Below, piece after piece: positions 27,356-37,834 of a DNA stretch of 64,000 bases; position 1 is the stretch's first letter, and the number at the start of each line of letters is the position of its first letter. The stretch spans positions 2,016,001 to 2,080,000 of the forward strand of contig CAXXVS010000002.1 of the NCBI GenBank assembly GCA_963674755.2, in the 5' to 3' direction. The notes below the pieces were generated by a model, which made no database searches, was not told the DNA's origin, and saw only the letters and a program-made list of their open reading frames with translations. The position numbers and the translations under genes were made by a program. Origin of the DNA: Desulfobacterales bacterium. GTDB taxonomy: Bacteria > Desulfobacterota > Desulfobacteria > Desulfobacterales > UBA5852.

Positions 27356-29962
27356 ATGTTTAAAAATCTGAAACTGAGAACCAAGATTACGCTTCTCGTT
27401 GTTTTCGCAGCGTTTATCCCGATGCTGGCGTCGGGTTTAAACGTGGCTAAAAGCAACATCGACATGCAGGAAGCCGCCACCCAAGAAAGTATCAAGCTGG
27501 CCACGACAGATCTGGACCACATCGCCGAAGGCGTCTACCGCATGTGTGAAACCCAGAACGACATCCTTCTGAAAAACCTCGAAGCCTATTTAAATGCCGA
27601 GCGGCAAATCGTTGAGGAGCTTGGAGGCATTTCCCTAGCCTATGAGAATATCCCCTGGAAGGCCACCAACCAGCTCACCCAGGCCAGCCTCTCCGTCGAT
27701 TTGCCCAAAATGCTCGTGGGCAACACCTGGTTCGGCCAAACCCAGGAAACCACAACAAGCGTTCCGGTTGTGGATCGCGTAGGCAGCCTGGCGGAAAATT
27801 TGTCGGTCTCCATTTTCCAGCGCATGAATGCTTCCGGCGACATGCTCCGCATTGCGTCCAACGTTGTAGGGGAAAACGGCCTGCGAGCCATCGGCACCTT
27901 TATCCCCCGTATGACACCGGACGGGAAGGCCAATCCGGTCGTGAACCAGATCCTACGCGGACAAACCTATCAGGGGCGCGCCTTCGTCGTCGACAAGTGG
28001 TATCTCACGGCCTATGAACCCATCTTCGATCGGGACAAACATATCGTCGGCATGCTCTCGGTGGGTATTCCCCAGGAAAGCATCCAAAGTTTGCGGCAGG
28101 CCATCTATAACATTCAGGTTGGAAAAACCGGATACGTCTATGTACTGGACAGCCAGGGACACTACGTCATCTCCGAAAACGGCACCCGCGACGGGGAGGA
28201 CATTTCCCAGGCCAAGGATACCGACGGTGATCTCTTCATCCAGCAGATCGTTGCCAAATCACGCGCGCTCAAGCCGGGGGAGGTGGCCGAACACCGCTAT
28301 CCCTGGCAGAACCCAGGTGATCCGGCCCCCCGTATGAAGGTTGCCCGGCTGATGTATTTTGCACCCTGGGACTGGGTCATCGGCTCGGGTTCGTATGAAG
28401 ACGAATTCATGTCAGCCGCCACCCGTATTCAGGACTTCGCGCGCCGCAGCCGAATCACCCAAATCGTGGTGGCGTTGACCTGTGTCATCATCTTCGGTTT
28501 TCTGGGTGTTCTGGTGGCGCGGACCATCGCCCGCCCCATCGTCAAAATCGCGGAGGCCGTCAACACCGTCGCCCGCGAGCGGGACCTGACGATCGAGGTC
28601 CCGGTGGAAAGTAAAGACGAGGTCGGCGTCATGGCCGGCGAGTTCAACAAGATGATGAAGCTGCTGCGGGATTCTTTCCAGCTGGTCACCAAAGCCGCCC
28701 TGGACGTGGAACGCAACGCCGGTGACGTGGCCCAGCGGGCTTCCGCCAATAAGGAACGCGCCGAGCATCAGGCCCAGCAGATGCAAGTCATGAAAGAAAC
28801 CGTGGAAGCCATGCGGGCCACGGCCGCCGAAGTCGCCGGGGCATCTGAAGCCCAGAGGGAGGCGGCGGACCTCTCCAGCGGCAACGTCTCATCCCTGATG
28901 GAAAACATGCATACGGTAACCGAGGCTTCCGGCAGTCAGGTGGAAGAGGCCAGCACGGCCACGGACCGCGTGCAGGCCATGGGGGACACCGGTGCCCGGG
29001 TTGTGGAAAATGCCCAGCAGCAGGGCACCCAGGTGCTGGCGGTATCCCAGGCCGTCGATCGAATGGAAGTCGCCGTCAACGAGCTCACCACCGCCACCAA
29101 CAGCGCCATGGAGTTCGCCCAGAGCGCCCTCCAGGCGGTTGAGGAAGGGACCGAGTCGGTGGAGGCAACGGTTGACGGCATGAAAGCCATCTCCGAGTCT
29201 TCGGAGCAGATTTCGGAAATCATCACCGTTATTACCGAAATCGCCGAGCAGACCAACCTCCTGTCCCTCAACGCGGCCATCGAGGCCGCCCGCGCCGGCG
29301 CCCACGGCAAGGGTTTCGCCGTGGTCGCCGACGAAGTCGGTAAACTGGCCCAGCGCTCCTCGGAAGCTGCCAAGGAAATCACCCAGCTCATCAAGGACTC
29401 CACGGCGCGCGTGGCGGAAGGGGCCCAGCTTTCGGACCGCTCCCGCCGGGCGCTGGAAAAAATTGCGGCTGGTGGTGGTACCAATATGCAGGCCATCCAG
29501 GAGATTGCCCGCACGGCCGACAACATCGCGACAGGGACCAAAGAGGTCAATGTCATGATGGAAGACCTCAACAAACTGGCCCGCGAAATTGCCGACATGG
29601 CCGGCCAGCAGGGCGAACGCCGTTCCGCCGCCCAGACGGCCCTGGCGGCCCTAGTGGAAAAATCGAACGCCATTTCCGAACTGATCACCAATGCCAACCA
29701 GGGGATGACCGAAATCGGCAGCCAGATGCAGGGCGTCGTGGAACGAACCCACCAGATGAAGGAGATGACCGGCGCCCAGGCCCAGCGTTCGCAAAAGCTC
29801 ACCGAAATCACCGAAGCTTCGGCCTCGGCGGCCATGCAAACCATGGAAGGGGCCGGCACCGTTGTGGGCATCACCGGTGAACTTAAGACCCTTTCGGAAG
29901 CTCTGGCACGCCAGGTGGAACAGTTCAAGGTGGGCAATCATTCCGGCCCCGCCCAATCATGA
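27356..29962 (+). CDS. Methyl-accepting chemotaxis protein (TM-Cache-TM-HAMP-long signalling domain)
   Basis: [19 protein letters not shown] and [11 protein letters not shown]ache motifs; [42 protein letters not shown]. Confidence 0.95.
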   Translation: MFKNLKLRTKITLLVVFAAFIPMLASGLNVAKSNIDMQEAATQESIKLATTDLDHIAEGVYRMCETQNDILLKNLEAYLNAERQIVEELGGISLAYENIPWKATNQLTQASLSVDLPKMLVGNTWFGQTQETTTSVPVVDRVGSLAENLSVSIFQRMNASGDMLRIASNVVGENGLRAIGTFIPRMTPDGKANPVVNQILRGQTYQGRAFVVDKWYLTAYEPIFDRDKHIVGMLSVGIPQESIQSLRQAIYNIQVGKTGYVYVLDSQGHYVISENGTRDGEDISQAKDTDGDLFIQQIVAKSRALKPGEVAEHRYPWQNPGDPAPRMKVARLMYFAPWDWVIGSGSYEDEFMSAATRIQDFARRSRITQIVVALTCVIIFGFLGVLVARTIARPIVKIAEAVNTVARERDLTIEVPVESKDEVGVMAGEFNKMMKLLRDSFQLVTKAALDVERNAGDVAQRASANKERAEHQAQQMQVMKETVEAMRATAAEVAGASEAQREAADLSSGNVSSLMENMHTVTEASGSQVEEASTATDRVQAMGDTGARVVENAQQQGTQVLAVSQAVDRMEVAVNELTTATNSAMEFAQSALQAVEEGTESVEATVDGMKAISESSEQISEIITVITEIAEQTNLLSLNAAIEAARAGAHGKGFAVVADEVGKLAQRSSEAAKEITQLIKDSTARVAEGAQLSDRSRRALEKIAAGGGTNMQAIQEIARTADNIATGTKEVNVMMEDLNKLAREIADMAGQQGERRSAAQTALAALVEKSNAISELITNANQGMTEIGSQMQGVVERTHQMKEMTGAQAQRSQKLTEITEASASAAMQTMEGAGTVVGITGELKTLSEALARQVEQFKVGNHSGPAQS

Positions 29963-30114
29963 TACGCGTGCGAACACTGCGCGAGCCGGTATTATCCGGC
30001 GGGTCGGTGGACGGCAGAGCAGCCGCAAGCCCTGTCCAATGTCATCGGCCTGCCGGAGTACACGACCTCTCCCGGGGAGTCGACCGGAAGCCGCCGTTGA
30101 AGGAGATATGAACC

Positions 30115-30633
30115 ATGGAAGAACCCAATCTGAACCGTGAAACCGATCAAGACGATAAAGAGCGCTTGATGCAGTTGGTGGGGTTTGTGATCGGCAAAGA
30201 GCTCTTTGGGGTCGATATCCTGATGGTCCAGGAGATCATTCGGGAAACCCCCATCACGCCGATCCCCAATTCGCCCGATTTTATCGAGGGCGTGATCAAC
30301 CTGCGCGGCAACATCATCCCGGTCATCGATCTGCGCAAACGTCTCAATTTACGGGAGGAGACCGCACCGCCAGGACAGATCTGGATTATGATTCTCAATG
30401 TCAATGGCCGGATCACCGGTTTCATCGTCGACAGCGTCACTCAGGTTTTGAAGGTGCCCTCGAACAGCATCAAGCCCCCGCCGGACATCGTGGTATCGGG
30501 GCTGCAGAGCCAATACATTACGGGTGTTTGCCGGATCGACAAACGTTTGCTGATCCTGCTGGATTTCAACCGGATTCTGCTGGTTGAAGAAATCAAGAAA
30601 CTGAATGACTTCAAGGCAACGGCAAGTGTCTGA
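30115..30633 (+). CDS. cheW: Chemotaxis adaptor CheW
   Basis: FGVDILMVQEII, IEGVINLRGNIIPVIDLR, GFIVDSV. Confidence 0.95.
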   Translation: MEEPNLNRETDQDDKERLMQLVGFVIGKELFGVDILMVQEIIRETPITPIPNSPDFIEGVINLRGNIIPVIDLRKRLNLREETAPPGQIWIMILNVNGRITGFIVDSVTQVLKVPSNSIKPPPDIVVSGLQSQYITGVCRIDKRLLILLDFNRILLVEEIKKLNDFKATASV

Positions 30634-30702
30634 CAAGCGTCACCGGGGAGACTTTCCCTGTGAGGTGGCCAGGACAAGCAGCGTAGCAGAAAGGTTGATT
30701 CG

Positions 30703-31056
30703 ATGGGAAAATCGATTCTCATTGTGGATGACTCCTCCATCATGCGAAAAATGATCAAGGAGACGCTCAAATCGGCCGGCCATGACGTGATCGGCGAGGC
30801 CAAGAACGGCGATGATGCCGTTGTTCTTTATAAACAGCTGAAACCTGATCTGGTCACAATGGATATTACCATGCGCGGCATGGACGGTTTTGAGGCCGCC
30901 CGGCAAATTCTGCACGACGACGATCACGCCTGCATCATCTTCCTGTCCAATCTGGACGAAGCACAATACAGCCAGGAAGCGGCGAAGATCGGCGCCAAGG
31001 GTTACCTCAACAAGCATCGATCCAAGGACATTTTATCCCTGATCGAGCAGCTTTAG
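30703..31056 (+). CDS. cheY: Single-domain response regulator, CheY-like
   Basis: ILIVDDS, DLVTMDITM..MDG, GAKGYLNK. Confidence 0.85.
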   Translation: MGKSILIVDDSSIMRKMIKETLKSAGHDVIGEAKNGDDAVVLYKQLKPDLVTMDITMRGMDGFEAARQILHDDDHACIIFLSNLDEAQYSQEAAKIGAKGYLNKHRSKDILSLIEQL

Positions 31057-31107
31057 CGTTGGAAACGGCCGCCTGAAACGACGGCCGATCGTTTCGGACC
31101 CTAATCG

Positions 31108-31821
31108 ATGGCGTTCATCGCCACTTGGATTATGGACAAGATGACGCACGCGACAGACAATATCGAAAACCGCTCGGCAGCGGTGGTTTCCCGACCGTCC
31201 GGGAAGATCAGGTCTATCAGACATCACCTGTTGTGGTGTTTCCTGATCATTACCCTGGTGTCGCTGGGGGTGGGATGCGTTCTGCTGGCCGATCCGGTTG
31301 GCGCGCCGGGCCTGGATGGACAAGGATTGCCCGACCAGGCGCTGGCCTTCTGGAAGCCGCTGCATTGGCGCATTGCCATCGGAATCCTGCTGATCATTTC
31401 TGCCGCCGGGGGTCTTCTCTATCGCCTCAATCATATGATTGTCCGGCCGCTGGAGAGGACCGCCGCGGCCGCTGGGCGCATGGCGGAAGGAAACCTGGGT
31501 GAAACGATCGCGGCATGCGCCTGCGACGAAATCGACCGTATCGGAGAAGGGGTCAACAGCCTGTCGGTGAATTTCCAGGAGGCCCTTATTCTTGTCTGGA
31601 ATCAAACCGAAAATGCCATCACACGGATTCAGCGCACAACCCGCCAACTGGCGCCGGACAAGACGGCGTGCGGCTTTGCGGAAATGATGGCGGATTTGGC
31701 GACCGCAAAGCAGGACCTGGAGACCATGCAGATGATGGTCCGTTCCTTCGATCTGTATGACGTCACGATCACCGATAGGGACATGGTGACGGCCAAAGGC
31801 AAGGCCGAGGTGCCGAACTGA
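31108..31821 (+). CDS. Two-TM HAMP-domain protein with no output domain (start uncertain)
   Basis: Two hydrophobic helices, HAMP (IVRPLE...GNL...DEIDRIGEGVN), short helical tail. Confidence 0.75.
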   Translation: MAFIATWIMDKMTHATDNIENRSAAVVSRPSGKIRSIRHHLLWCFLIITLVSLGVGCVLLADPVGAPGLDGQGLPDQALAFWKPLHWRIAIGILLIISAAGGLLYRLNHMIVRPLERTAAAAGRMAEGNLGETIAACACDEIDRIGEGVNSLSVNFQEALILVWNQTENAITRIQRTTRQLAPDKTACGFAEMMADLATAKQDLETMQMMVRSFDLYDVTITDRDMVTAKGKAEVPN

Positions 31822-31912
31822 CGGAAAGGTTGGGGTCCGGCCGATCGAATACGGCGGCCCGGACCTGTTCACGGCCCCCGGAGGCAATGCGGCGGCCCAC
31901 AAGGAGAATACC

Positions 31913-34900
31913 ATGACGGATTTGTCTTTGCTTCAGGATTTCGTTACCGAGACGGTCGAGCATCTTGAAGAGATGGAAGGCAATCTTCTCCAGCTCGAAA
32001 CCGACCCCGATAATCGGGAGATCCTGAACGATATCTTCCGCTCCGTGCATACCATCAAGGGCGCAGCGGAATACCTGGGGATGGAGCGCATCGCCGAACT
32101 ATCGCACAAACTGGAGAACCTGCTTGATCTTATGCGCCGCAACGAACGTTCGGCAGGCCGCGAGGTCATCGATCTCCTCATGGCGGCCCGGGATCGGATC
32201 GGCATCCTGACCGCCGATCTTCACCAAACCCAGTCGGAGCAGGCCGACATCGAGGACCTCCTCCTCCGGATCCAATCCGCGGGTCTTGTCGAAACAACAC
32301 CGCGGCGTGAAGAATCAACGATAGACACGGATGCCCCGCCTGCTTCGACCGGTGCTCCTTCCGACACAGCGCCTGTCGCTGAAGCCTACGAAGAAGAACA
32401 TGATGAAGAACTTTTCGGAATTTTTCTGGAGCAACTTCAGGAAGGTCTCGAAGCCCTGCAATCCTGGACGGACGCCTTGGCCGGGGCGGACCACTCCGAC
32501 CGGATCGAAATCCTGGGCCGTTGCCTGGAACAGATGGAGCCCCTGCGGTCATCCGCCAATTACATGGGATACGGCAAGTTAACCGCGCTCTACGAGCAGT
32601 GGCATCTGGCCTGTCGGAATGCCCGCGAACGCCTTGACGGTGGGGACGACAGCTTCATGCCCACTTTCCTGAGCGAGGATATGCAGGCCACTATCGACGA
32701 AATTACAACGGCTTTCCCCCGGTTGAAGCTTGCGGGCCCTGTGCCCCCGGTACCGGCAAGCGGTGTCCAAGACGATCCTTTGGGGCTTATGGAAACCGCG
32801 CTGGCAGAAACGCACAACAATTTGTCACCCGAAGAGGCACCTGCCTCCCCGGGCGAAGATGGCCGCCCGAATCCGGTAAATGGGGAGGCGGCCTCGGAAG
32901 ACCTACTCGAAGCCTTGAACCTTTTTTCAGAGGATGAAGCCGAAAGCGATCATTTCCGTCTGACAAGCGATCCCGAGCCCTCCCTCGACATCGCTCTCCT
33001 GCAGGATTTTATTGCCGAAACGGTCGAGCATCTGGGCGACATGGAAAGCAGCCTTTTGACACTCGAAAACGATCCCGGCAATCGCGACGTCCTCAATGAC
33101 ATCTTCCGCGCCATGCACACCATCAAGGGGGCCGCTGAATATATGGGCATGGGGCGTATGGCCGAATTGTCCCACAAGCTCGAAAATCTGCTCGACCTCA
33201 TGCGCCAGGGCAAATGCACGATCAACCGCGATATCATCGACCTGCTCATGGCGGCCCGAGACCGAATCGGCATCCTCACGGCCGACCTCCATCAAACCCA
33301 AGCGGAGCAAGCGGATATCGACGATCTCCTGTCGCGTATCCAACCTCTGGTTGCGCAAACCATTGCGCCGGAAACGCCGCCCGCAACCGAAACCTTCGAT
33401 GTTCCAGCAGCCGCGCCCCCGGCCCAGAACGAAAATCCTGAAAACGAAACATATGACGAAGCATATGACGAAGAGCTTTTCAGCATCTTTCTGGAACAGC
33501 TAGAAGAAGGTCTCGACGCCCTCCAGTCATGGACCGATGTCCTCTCCGCCGCGGATCGCGATGATCGGAGCGAAATTCTGGGGCGCTGCCTGTCGCAGAT
33601 CGATCCTCTGCGTTCTTCCGCCAACTACATGGGCTACCGCAAGCTGACCGGACTCTACGACCGGTGGAGCGAAGCCATCCGGAACGCCCTCGAGCGGCTC
33701 GCGGTAGAAGACGATACGTTCATGCCGGCCTTTCTGGCCGGTTGCATGCAGGCCACCGTCGACGATATCCGCCGTTGCTTCCCCAAACTGAAAACCCCCG
33801 CGGATGATACGGCCGCCGGCCCTGCTGAAAAAAAACCGCCGGAGACACCTCACGAGGCCCTCCATGCCACCGCCGGGATGGCTGCTGATCTCCTGGATGT
33901 CTACGCCGAGGCGCCGGAAGACCCAACCGTCCCGGGAATCGATCCGGCCCCGAACACCGATATTTCGGAAAGCGACAATCTTTTCGATCGTCTAAGCCAG
34001 TCCTTCGATCGGCGGATGACGGAAAATCAGATACACGGAGGCCACGCGCCGTCCGGCTTGGATTGGGAATTGTTTTCGGAGGACCGTCCTCACGACACCA
34101 CCGCTGACGAGGCCCCCTTGCCGGCCAACCGTCTTCTGGATGAAGAAGACCCCTTGTCCGCCTATCTAACTGCATCTGCGACAGAGGTCCGGGAGACAGC
34201 CATTGAAAGCGTCCATGCGGATGAGGCGGCTTGGCAGGCGGTATCTGTGGAAGAGGACATAGCTTCCGCTCCTCCTGAGAAACCGCTCGAGAAGGCGCCC
34301 ACCAAAAAGGCCGGCCGGCCCCAGGCCGAGACGCCCGCATGGGAGGATCCCGAAATCGACGAGGCTGCGACGGCCGTCCCGGAAGACCGAACGGATGATC
34401 CTTTACCTTCCGGACAGGCCCTTGAAGAAAAGCCCTCCGAGGAGACCTTCGGGGTCGAGGAAACCACCACGCCACCCTTGTCCCAAACGCCTTCCCCGGA
34501 TCCCGATCAGAGTTCGGGCGAACGACGGGACCTCTCTCAACGGGGCCGGCGCAGATCCGACCGGATCGGCGAGCAATTGCTGCGCCAGAGCATCCGGGTC
34601 GATGCGGCCAAGATCGATGCCCTGATGAATCAGGTCGGGGAACTCGTCGTCAGCCGGGCCTGGTTTTCTCAGCTGTTTCACGAGATGCGGGATCTCCAGC
34701 AAAACCTCCAGCACTACGCCAATATTGAAGCCCGTGAAATGAAACAGGTCAAGGGCCTGACCTTCCGGTTGAGCGAAGCCACGGTCGCCTTGGGGCGGGT
34801 GGCCAATGAACTGCAGGAAGGGGTCATGAAGGTACGCATGCTGCCCATCGCCCAGCTATTCAACCGCTACCCGCGTCTGGTGTTCGACCTGGTGCGCAAC

Positions 34901-35845
34901 GGCGACAAAAAAGTGAGTCTGGACATCAAGGGTGAAGAGACGGAATTGGACAAGATGGTCATCGAAGCCATTTCCGACCCCCTGATCCATATCATCCGCA
35001 ATGCCGTCGATCACGGCATCGAACCGACCGAAGCGCGCGAACGCCTGGGCAAACCTGAATCCGGCAGTATTCAACTGGAAGCCTACCACGAAGGCAATCA
35101 TGTGGTGATCGAAATTGCCGACGACGGCCGGGGCCTGGATATCGAGCGGATTAAAACCAAGGCCGTGGCCGGCGGGTTTGCCACGCGTGACGACGTCGAC
35201 CGGATGCCCCTCAAGGAACTGACCAGCCTCATTATGCTGCCCGGGTTTTCCACGGCGGCGGAGATTACCCACACCTCCGGCCGGGGGGTGGGCATGGACG
35301 TGGTCAAACAGAATATCGAAAAACTCAACGGTACCATCGAAATCGATTCCACCCCGGGGGTCGGGACGCAGTTTCGCATCAAAATCCCGCTGACCCTGGC
35401 GATCATCCCGGCTTTGCTGGTGCAAGTGCGCGGTGAACTGTTCACCATTCCGCTCTCCACCGTGGAAGAAACGATTCGGATCGCCCCCCAGGATCTTTCC
35501 ACCATCGAAGGGGTCGAAGTCCTGCAACTGCGGGAGACCACCCTGCCCTTGGTGCGGTTGGCCGATCTCTTCAACATGCCCACCGAACCATCGGACGACG
35601 GGCGCGCCTTCGTGGTGGTGGTCAGCACCGGAATGAAACGCGTGGGGCTTGTGGTGGACGTATTGCGGGGGCAGGAGGAAGTGGTCATCAAACCGCTGGA
35701 GGATTACCTCCAGGAAAAGAGCGGCTTCTCCGGGGCGACCATCCTCGGTGACGGCCGGATATCCTTGATCCTGGATATCTACGAACTGGTCAATTTATCC
35801 ATCGACCGTCAGTCACGGCGTCAGCACGCCGCCGTACCGGCGTGA
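31913..35845 (+). CDS. cheA: Chemotaxis histidine kinase CheA with duplicated HPt/pseudo-HPt units
   Basis: Two FR..HTIKG HPt motifs; IRVDAAKIDALMNQVGELV, HIIRNAVDHGIE, DDGRG, SGRGVGMDVVK; C-terminal CheW domain. Confidence 0.96.
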   Translation: MTDLSLLQDFVTETVEHLEEMEGNLLQLETDPDNREILNDIFRSVHTIKGAAEYLGMERIAELSHKLENLLDLMRRNERSAGREVIDLLMAARDRIGILTADLHQTQSEQADIEDLLLRIQSAGLVETTPRREESTIDTDAPPASTGAPSDTAPVAEAYEEEHDEELFGIFLEQLQEGLEALQSWTDALAGADHSDRIEILGRCLEQMEPLRSSANYMGYGKLTALYEQWHLACRNARERLDGGDDSFMPTFLSEDMQATIDEITTAFPRLKLAGPVPPVPASGVQDDPLGLMETALAETHNNLSPEEAPASPGEDGRPNPVNGEAASEDLLEALNLFSEDEAESDHFRLTSDPEPSLDIALLQDFIAETVEHLGDMESSLLTLENDPGNRDVLNDIFRAMHTIKGAAEYMGMGRMAELSHKLENLLDLMRQGKCTINRDIIDLLMAARDRIGILTADLHQTQAEQADIDDLLSRIQPLVAQTIAPETPPATETFDVPAAAPPAQNENPENETYDEAYDEELFSIFLEQLEEGLDALQSWTDVLSAADRDDRSEILGRCLSQIDPLRSSANYMGYRKLTGLYDRWSEAIRNALERLAVEDDTFMPAFLAGCMQATVDDIRRCFPKLKTPADDTAAGPAEKKPPETPHEALHATAGMAADLLDVYAEAPEDPTVPGIDPAPNTDISESDNLFDRLSQSFDRRMTENQIHGGHAPSGLDWELFSEDRPHDTTADEAPLPANRLLDEEDPLSAYLTASATEVRETAIESVHADEAAWQAVSVEEDIASAPPEKPLEKAPTKKAGRPQAETPAWEDPEIDEAATAVPEDRTDDPLPSGQALEEKPSEETFGVEETTTPPLSQTPSPDPDQSSGERRDLSQRGRRRSDRIGEQLLRQSIRVDAAKIDALMNQVGELVVSRAWFSQLFHEMRDLQQNLQHYANIEAREMKQVKGLTFRLSEATVALGRVANELQEGVMKVRMLPIAQLFNRYPRLVFDLVRNGDKKVSLDIKGEETELDKMVIEAISDPLIHIIRNAVDHGIEPTEARERLGKPESGSIQLEAYHEGNHVVIEIADDGRGLDIERIKTKAVAGGFATRDDVDRMPLKELTSLIMLPGFSTAAEITHTSGRGVGMDVVKQNIEKLNGTIEIDSTPGVGTQFRIKIPLTLAIIPALLVQVRGELFTIPLSTVEETIRIAPQDLSTIEGVEVLQLRETTLPLVRLADLFNMPTEPSDDGRAFVVVVSTGMKRVGLVVDVLRGQEEVVIKPLEDYLQEKSGFSGATILGDGRISLILDIYELVNLSIDRQSRRQHAAVPA

Positions 35846-35914
35846 GGAAGATAGAGAAGCACTGGTAATGGGGTGTCGAAAAACGTCGACTGACCGGATA
35901 CTGGAAAAGGGGTC

Positions 35915-37741
35915 TTGACCCGAATGACCGCTGGGATACCCAAAGCGCTGTTTGTTAATCTGCCGCCCCGTCTGCGTACCTCGCTGACCACTTCACCTAG
36001 CGGGGATACAATGCCTTACGGCGTGCGCACCGCCGGCAATCTCCAGGAGGCCCTTGTCATCCTGACCGAGGACGACGTCTTTAGCGTTCTCATTGCCGTA
36101 GAGACGGCGGAAACGGTCGGTGACCATCTGCTCCGGGAAATCCGCGCCGGATATCCCAATATCGACATCTTGGCTCTGCTCCCGGAAGGCGACACCTCCC
36201 TGGCCGGTCAAATTCCGGCCGACTTGAACGTGCGGGCCCTGCACCATCCGGTGGATGTCGCCGCCCTGGCTCAGCAACTGACCGAACAGTCACACCGCCG
36301 CGGACAAGGATTTGCCGGAACCCTGAAAAACATCCAGATCGACGATTTGATCCAGATGTGCTGCCTATCGATGGCCACCATTTCCATCCGGGTTGCCCAG
36401 GACAGCCAGCAGGGTGTCATTTACATCCGGGATGGCGAAGTGGTTCACGCGGTTTGCGGTAAGACCACCGGCGAGGAGGCCTTCTACCAGATCCTGGGAT
36501 GGGCCAGCGGCCGGTTCGAAACCATCGACGAATGCTACGAAGGCGACGATACCGTCAACAAAAGCCACGAATTTCTTCTGATGGAAGCGGCCCGCCGCAA
36601 CGACGAGGAGAACGAGAATGAAACGGAGGGCGATAGCGGCGCGTCCTTTGAAGAAAACACGGGACACCCTACGAAGGAGCGGCTCAAAATTCTTCTGGTG
36701 GAAGATTCCACGCTCATGGCAAATATTCTTTCAAGCATGCTGACGGCAACGGGCGAGATGGACGTGGTGGGAATCGCCCAAAACGGCCAGGACGCTTTGG
36801 AGATGGCCCAAAATTTTTATCCGGATCTGATTCTGCTGGATGTGAATATGCCGGTTATGGACGGCAGCACGGCCCTGAAACACATCATGATCCGAACGCC
36901 TTGCCCGGTGGTGGTCATGAGCAATGTCGGCAGCGGGTCGCCGGAAACCGTCCTTCAGTTCCTGGAGCTGGGGGCGGTGGACTTCATGGCCAAACCGATC
37001 AAGAATAATGACCTGTTGCTCCAGCAGCAAAAAATTGTCAGCCGTATTGCGCGTGCGGCCGCGGCCGAAATTAAAAATTTCCGTCGCTACCGGTCTGGCC
37101 CGGTACAAAACCCGGAAGATCGTACACGCCATTTCCCGGACTCGCCCGCCGATCAGCTGATGGTCATTTCGACAGGGTGCAGCGCCCATGCCGAACTGAC
37201 CCAATTGCTGGCCCAGCTGCCCAATGATCACAATCTGGCAATGATCATCCTGCAGACGATCCCGCCCGCCTTCATCCCGGCGCTTGCCCGCTATCTCGAC
37301 AAGCAAAGCGCCTATTCGGTGGTGCCGCTGATCGATGGGTCTCCGCTTCGGACCGGCACGTGCTATCTGGGCACACCGGGCCATGCCCTGCGGACCACCG
37401 CCACCGGACGGGAAATGGTGGTGGAAATGCCCACCCACCGCCGCAGGGATTCCGCCCATGAGGTCAGCTATCTGGATCTATTTCTCTGCTCGGCCGTGGA
37501 CTGCTACCCGGGAAGCTTGATGGTGGCCGTTCTCTCCGGTGCGGAAACCGGCAATCTGGAAGGTCTGCGCTACGTGCAGCAACGCGGCGCCCGAATCATG
37601 GTGCAGGATCCGGCGACCTGCATGGTGGCGCAACCGCCCGCATCCATTGCGGCGGCGGGTCTGGCCGGAACCATTGCGGCGCCGGAGGCCATTGCCGATC
37701 ATATCCGCGTCTGGGCTGGCAACGGCATTGGGGAAACATGA
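35915..37741 (+). CDS. Degenerate REC-DUF4388/PATAN-like-REC-CheB-like fusion, catalytically dead
   Basis: GFAGTL..IQIDDLIQM...GVIYIRDGEVVHA...GEEAFYQILGW.SGRF; LDVNMPVMDG; CheB fold lacking S/H/D. Confidence 0.8.
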   Translation: MTRMTAGIPKALFVNLPPRLRTSLTTSPSGDTMPYGVRTAGNLQEALVILTEDDVFSVLIAVETAETVGDHLLREIRAGYPNIDILALLPEGDTSLAGQIPADLNVRALHHPVDVAALAQQLTEQSHRRGQGFAGTLKNIQIDDLIQMCCLSMATISIRVAQDSQQGVIYIRDGEVVHAVCGKTTGEEAFYQILGWASGRFETIDECYEGDDTVNKSHEFLLMEAARRNDEENENETEGDSGASFEENTGHPTKERLKILLVEDSTLMANILSSMLTATGEMDVVGIAQNGQDALEMAQNFYPDLILLDVNMPVMDGSTALKHIMIRTPCPVVVMSNVGSGSPETVLQFLELGAVDFMAKPIKNNDLLLQQQKIVSRIARAAAAEIKNFRRYRSGPVQNPEDRTRHFPDSPADQLMVISTGCSAHAELTQLLAQLPNDHNLAMIILQTIPPAFIPALARYLDKQSAYSVVPLIDGSPLRTGTCYLGTPGHALRTTATGREMVVEMPTHRRRDSAHEVSYLDLFLCSAVDCYPGSLMVAVLSGAETGNLEGLRYVQQRGARIMVQDPATCMVAQPPASIAAAGLAGTIAAPEAIADHIRVWAGNGIGET

Positions 37742-37834
37742 CGTGACGCGCCGATTAAGTTCGCCGGCGGCGATGACAGCCGGATGCCGTTTGAAGGAAA
37801 TTGAGTTTCCGTCGAATTCGATTTGGGAGACCTC

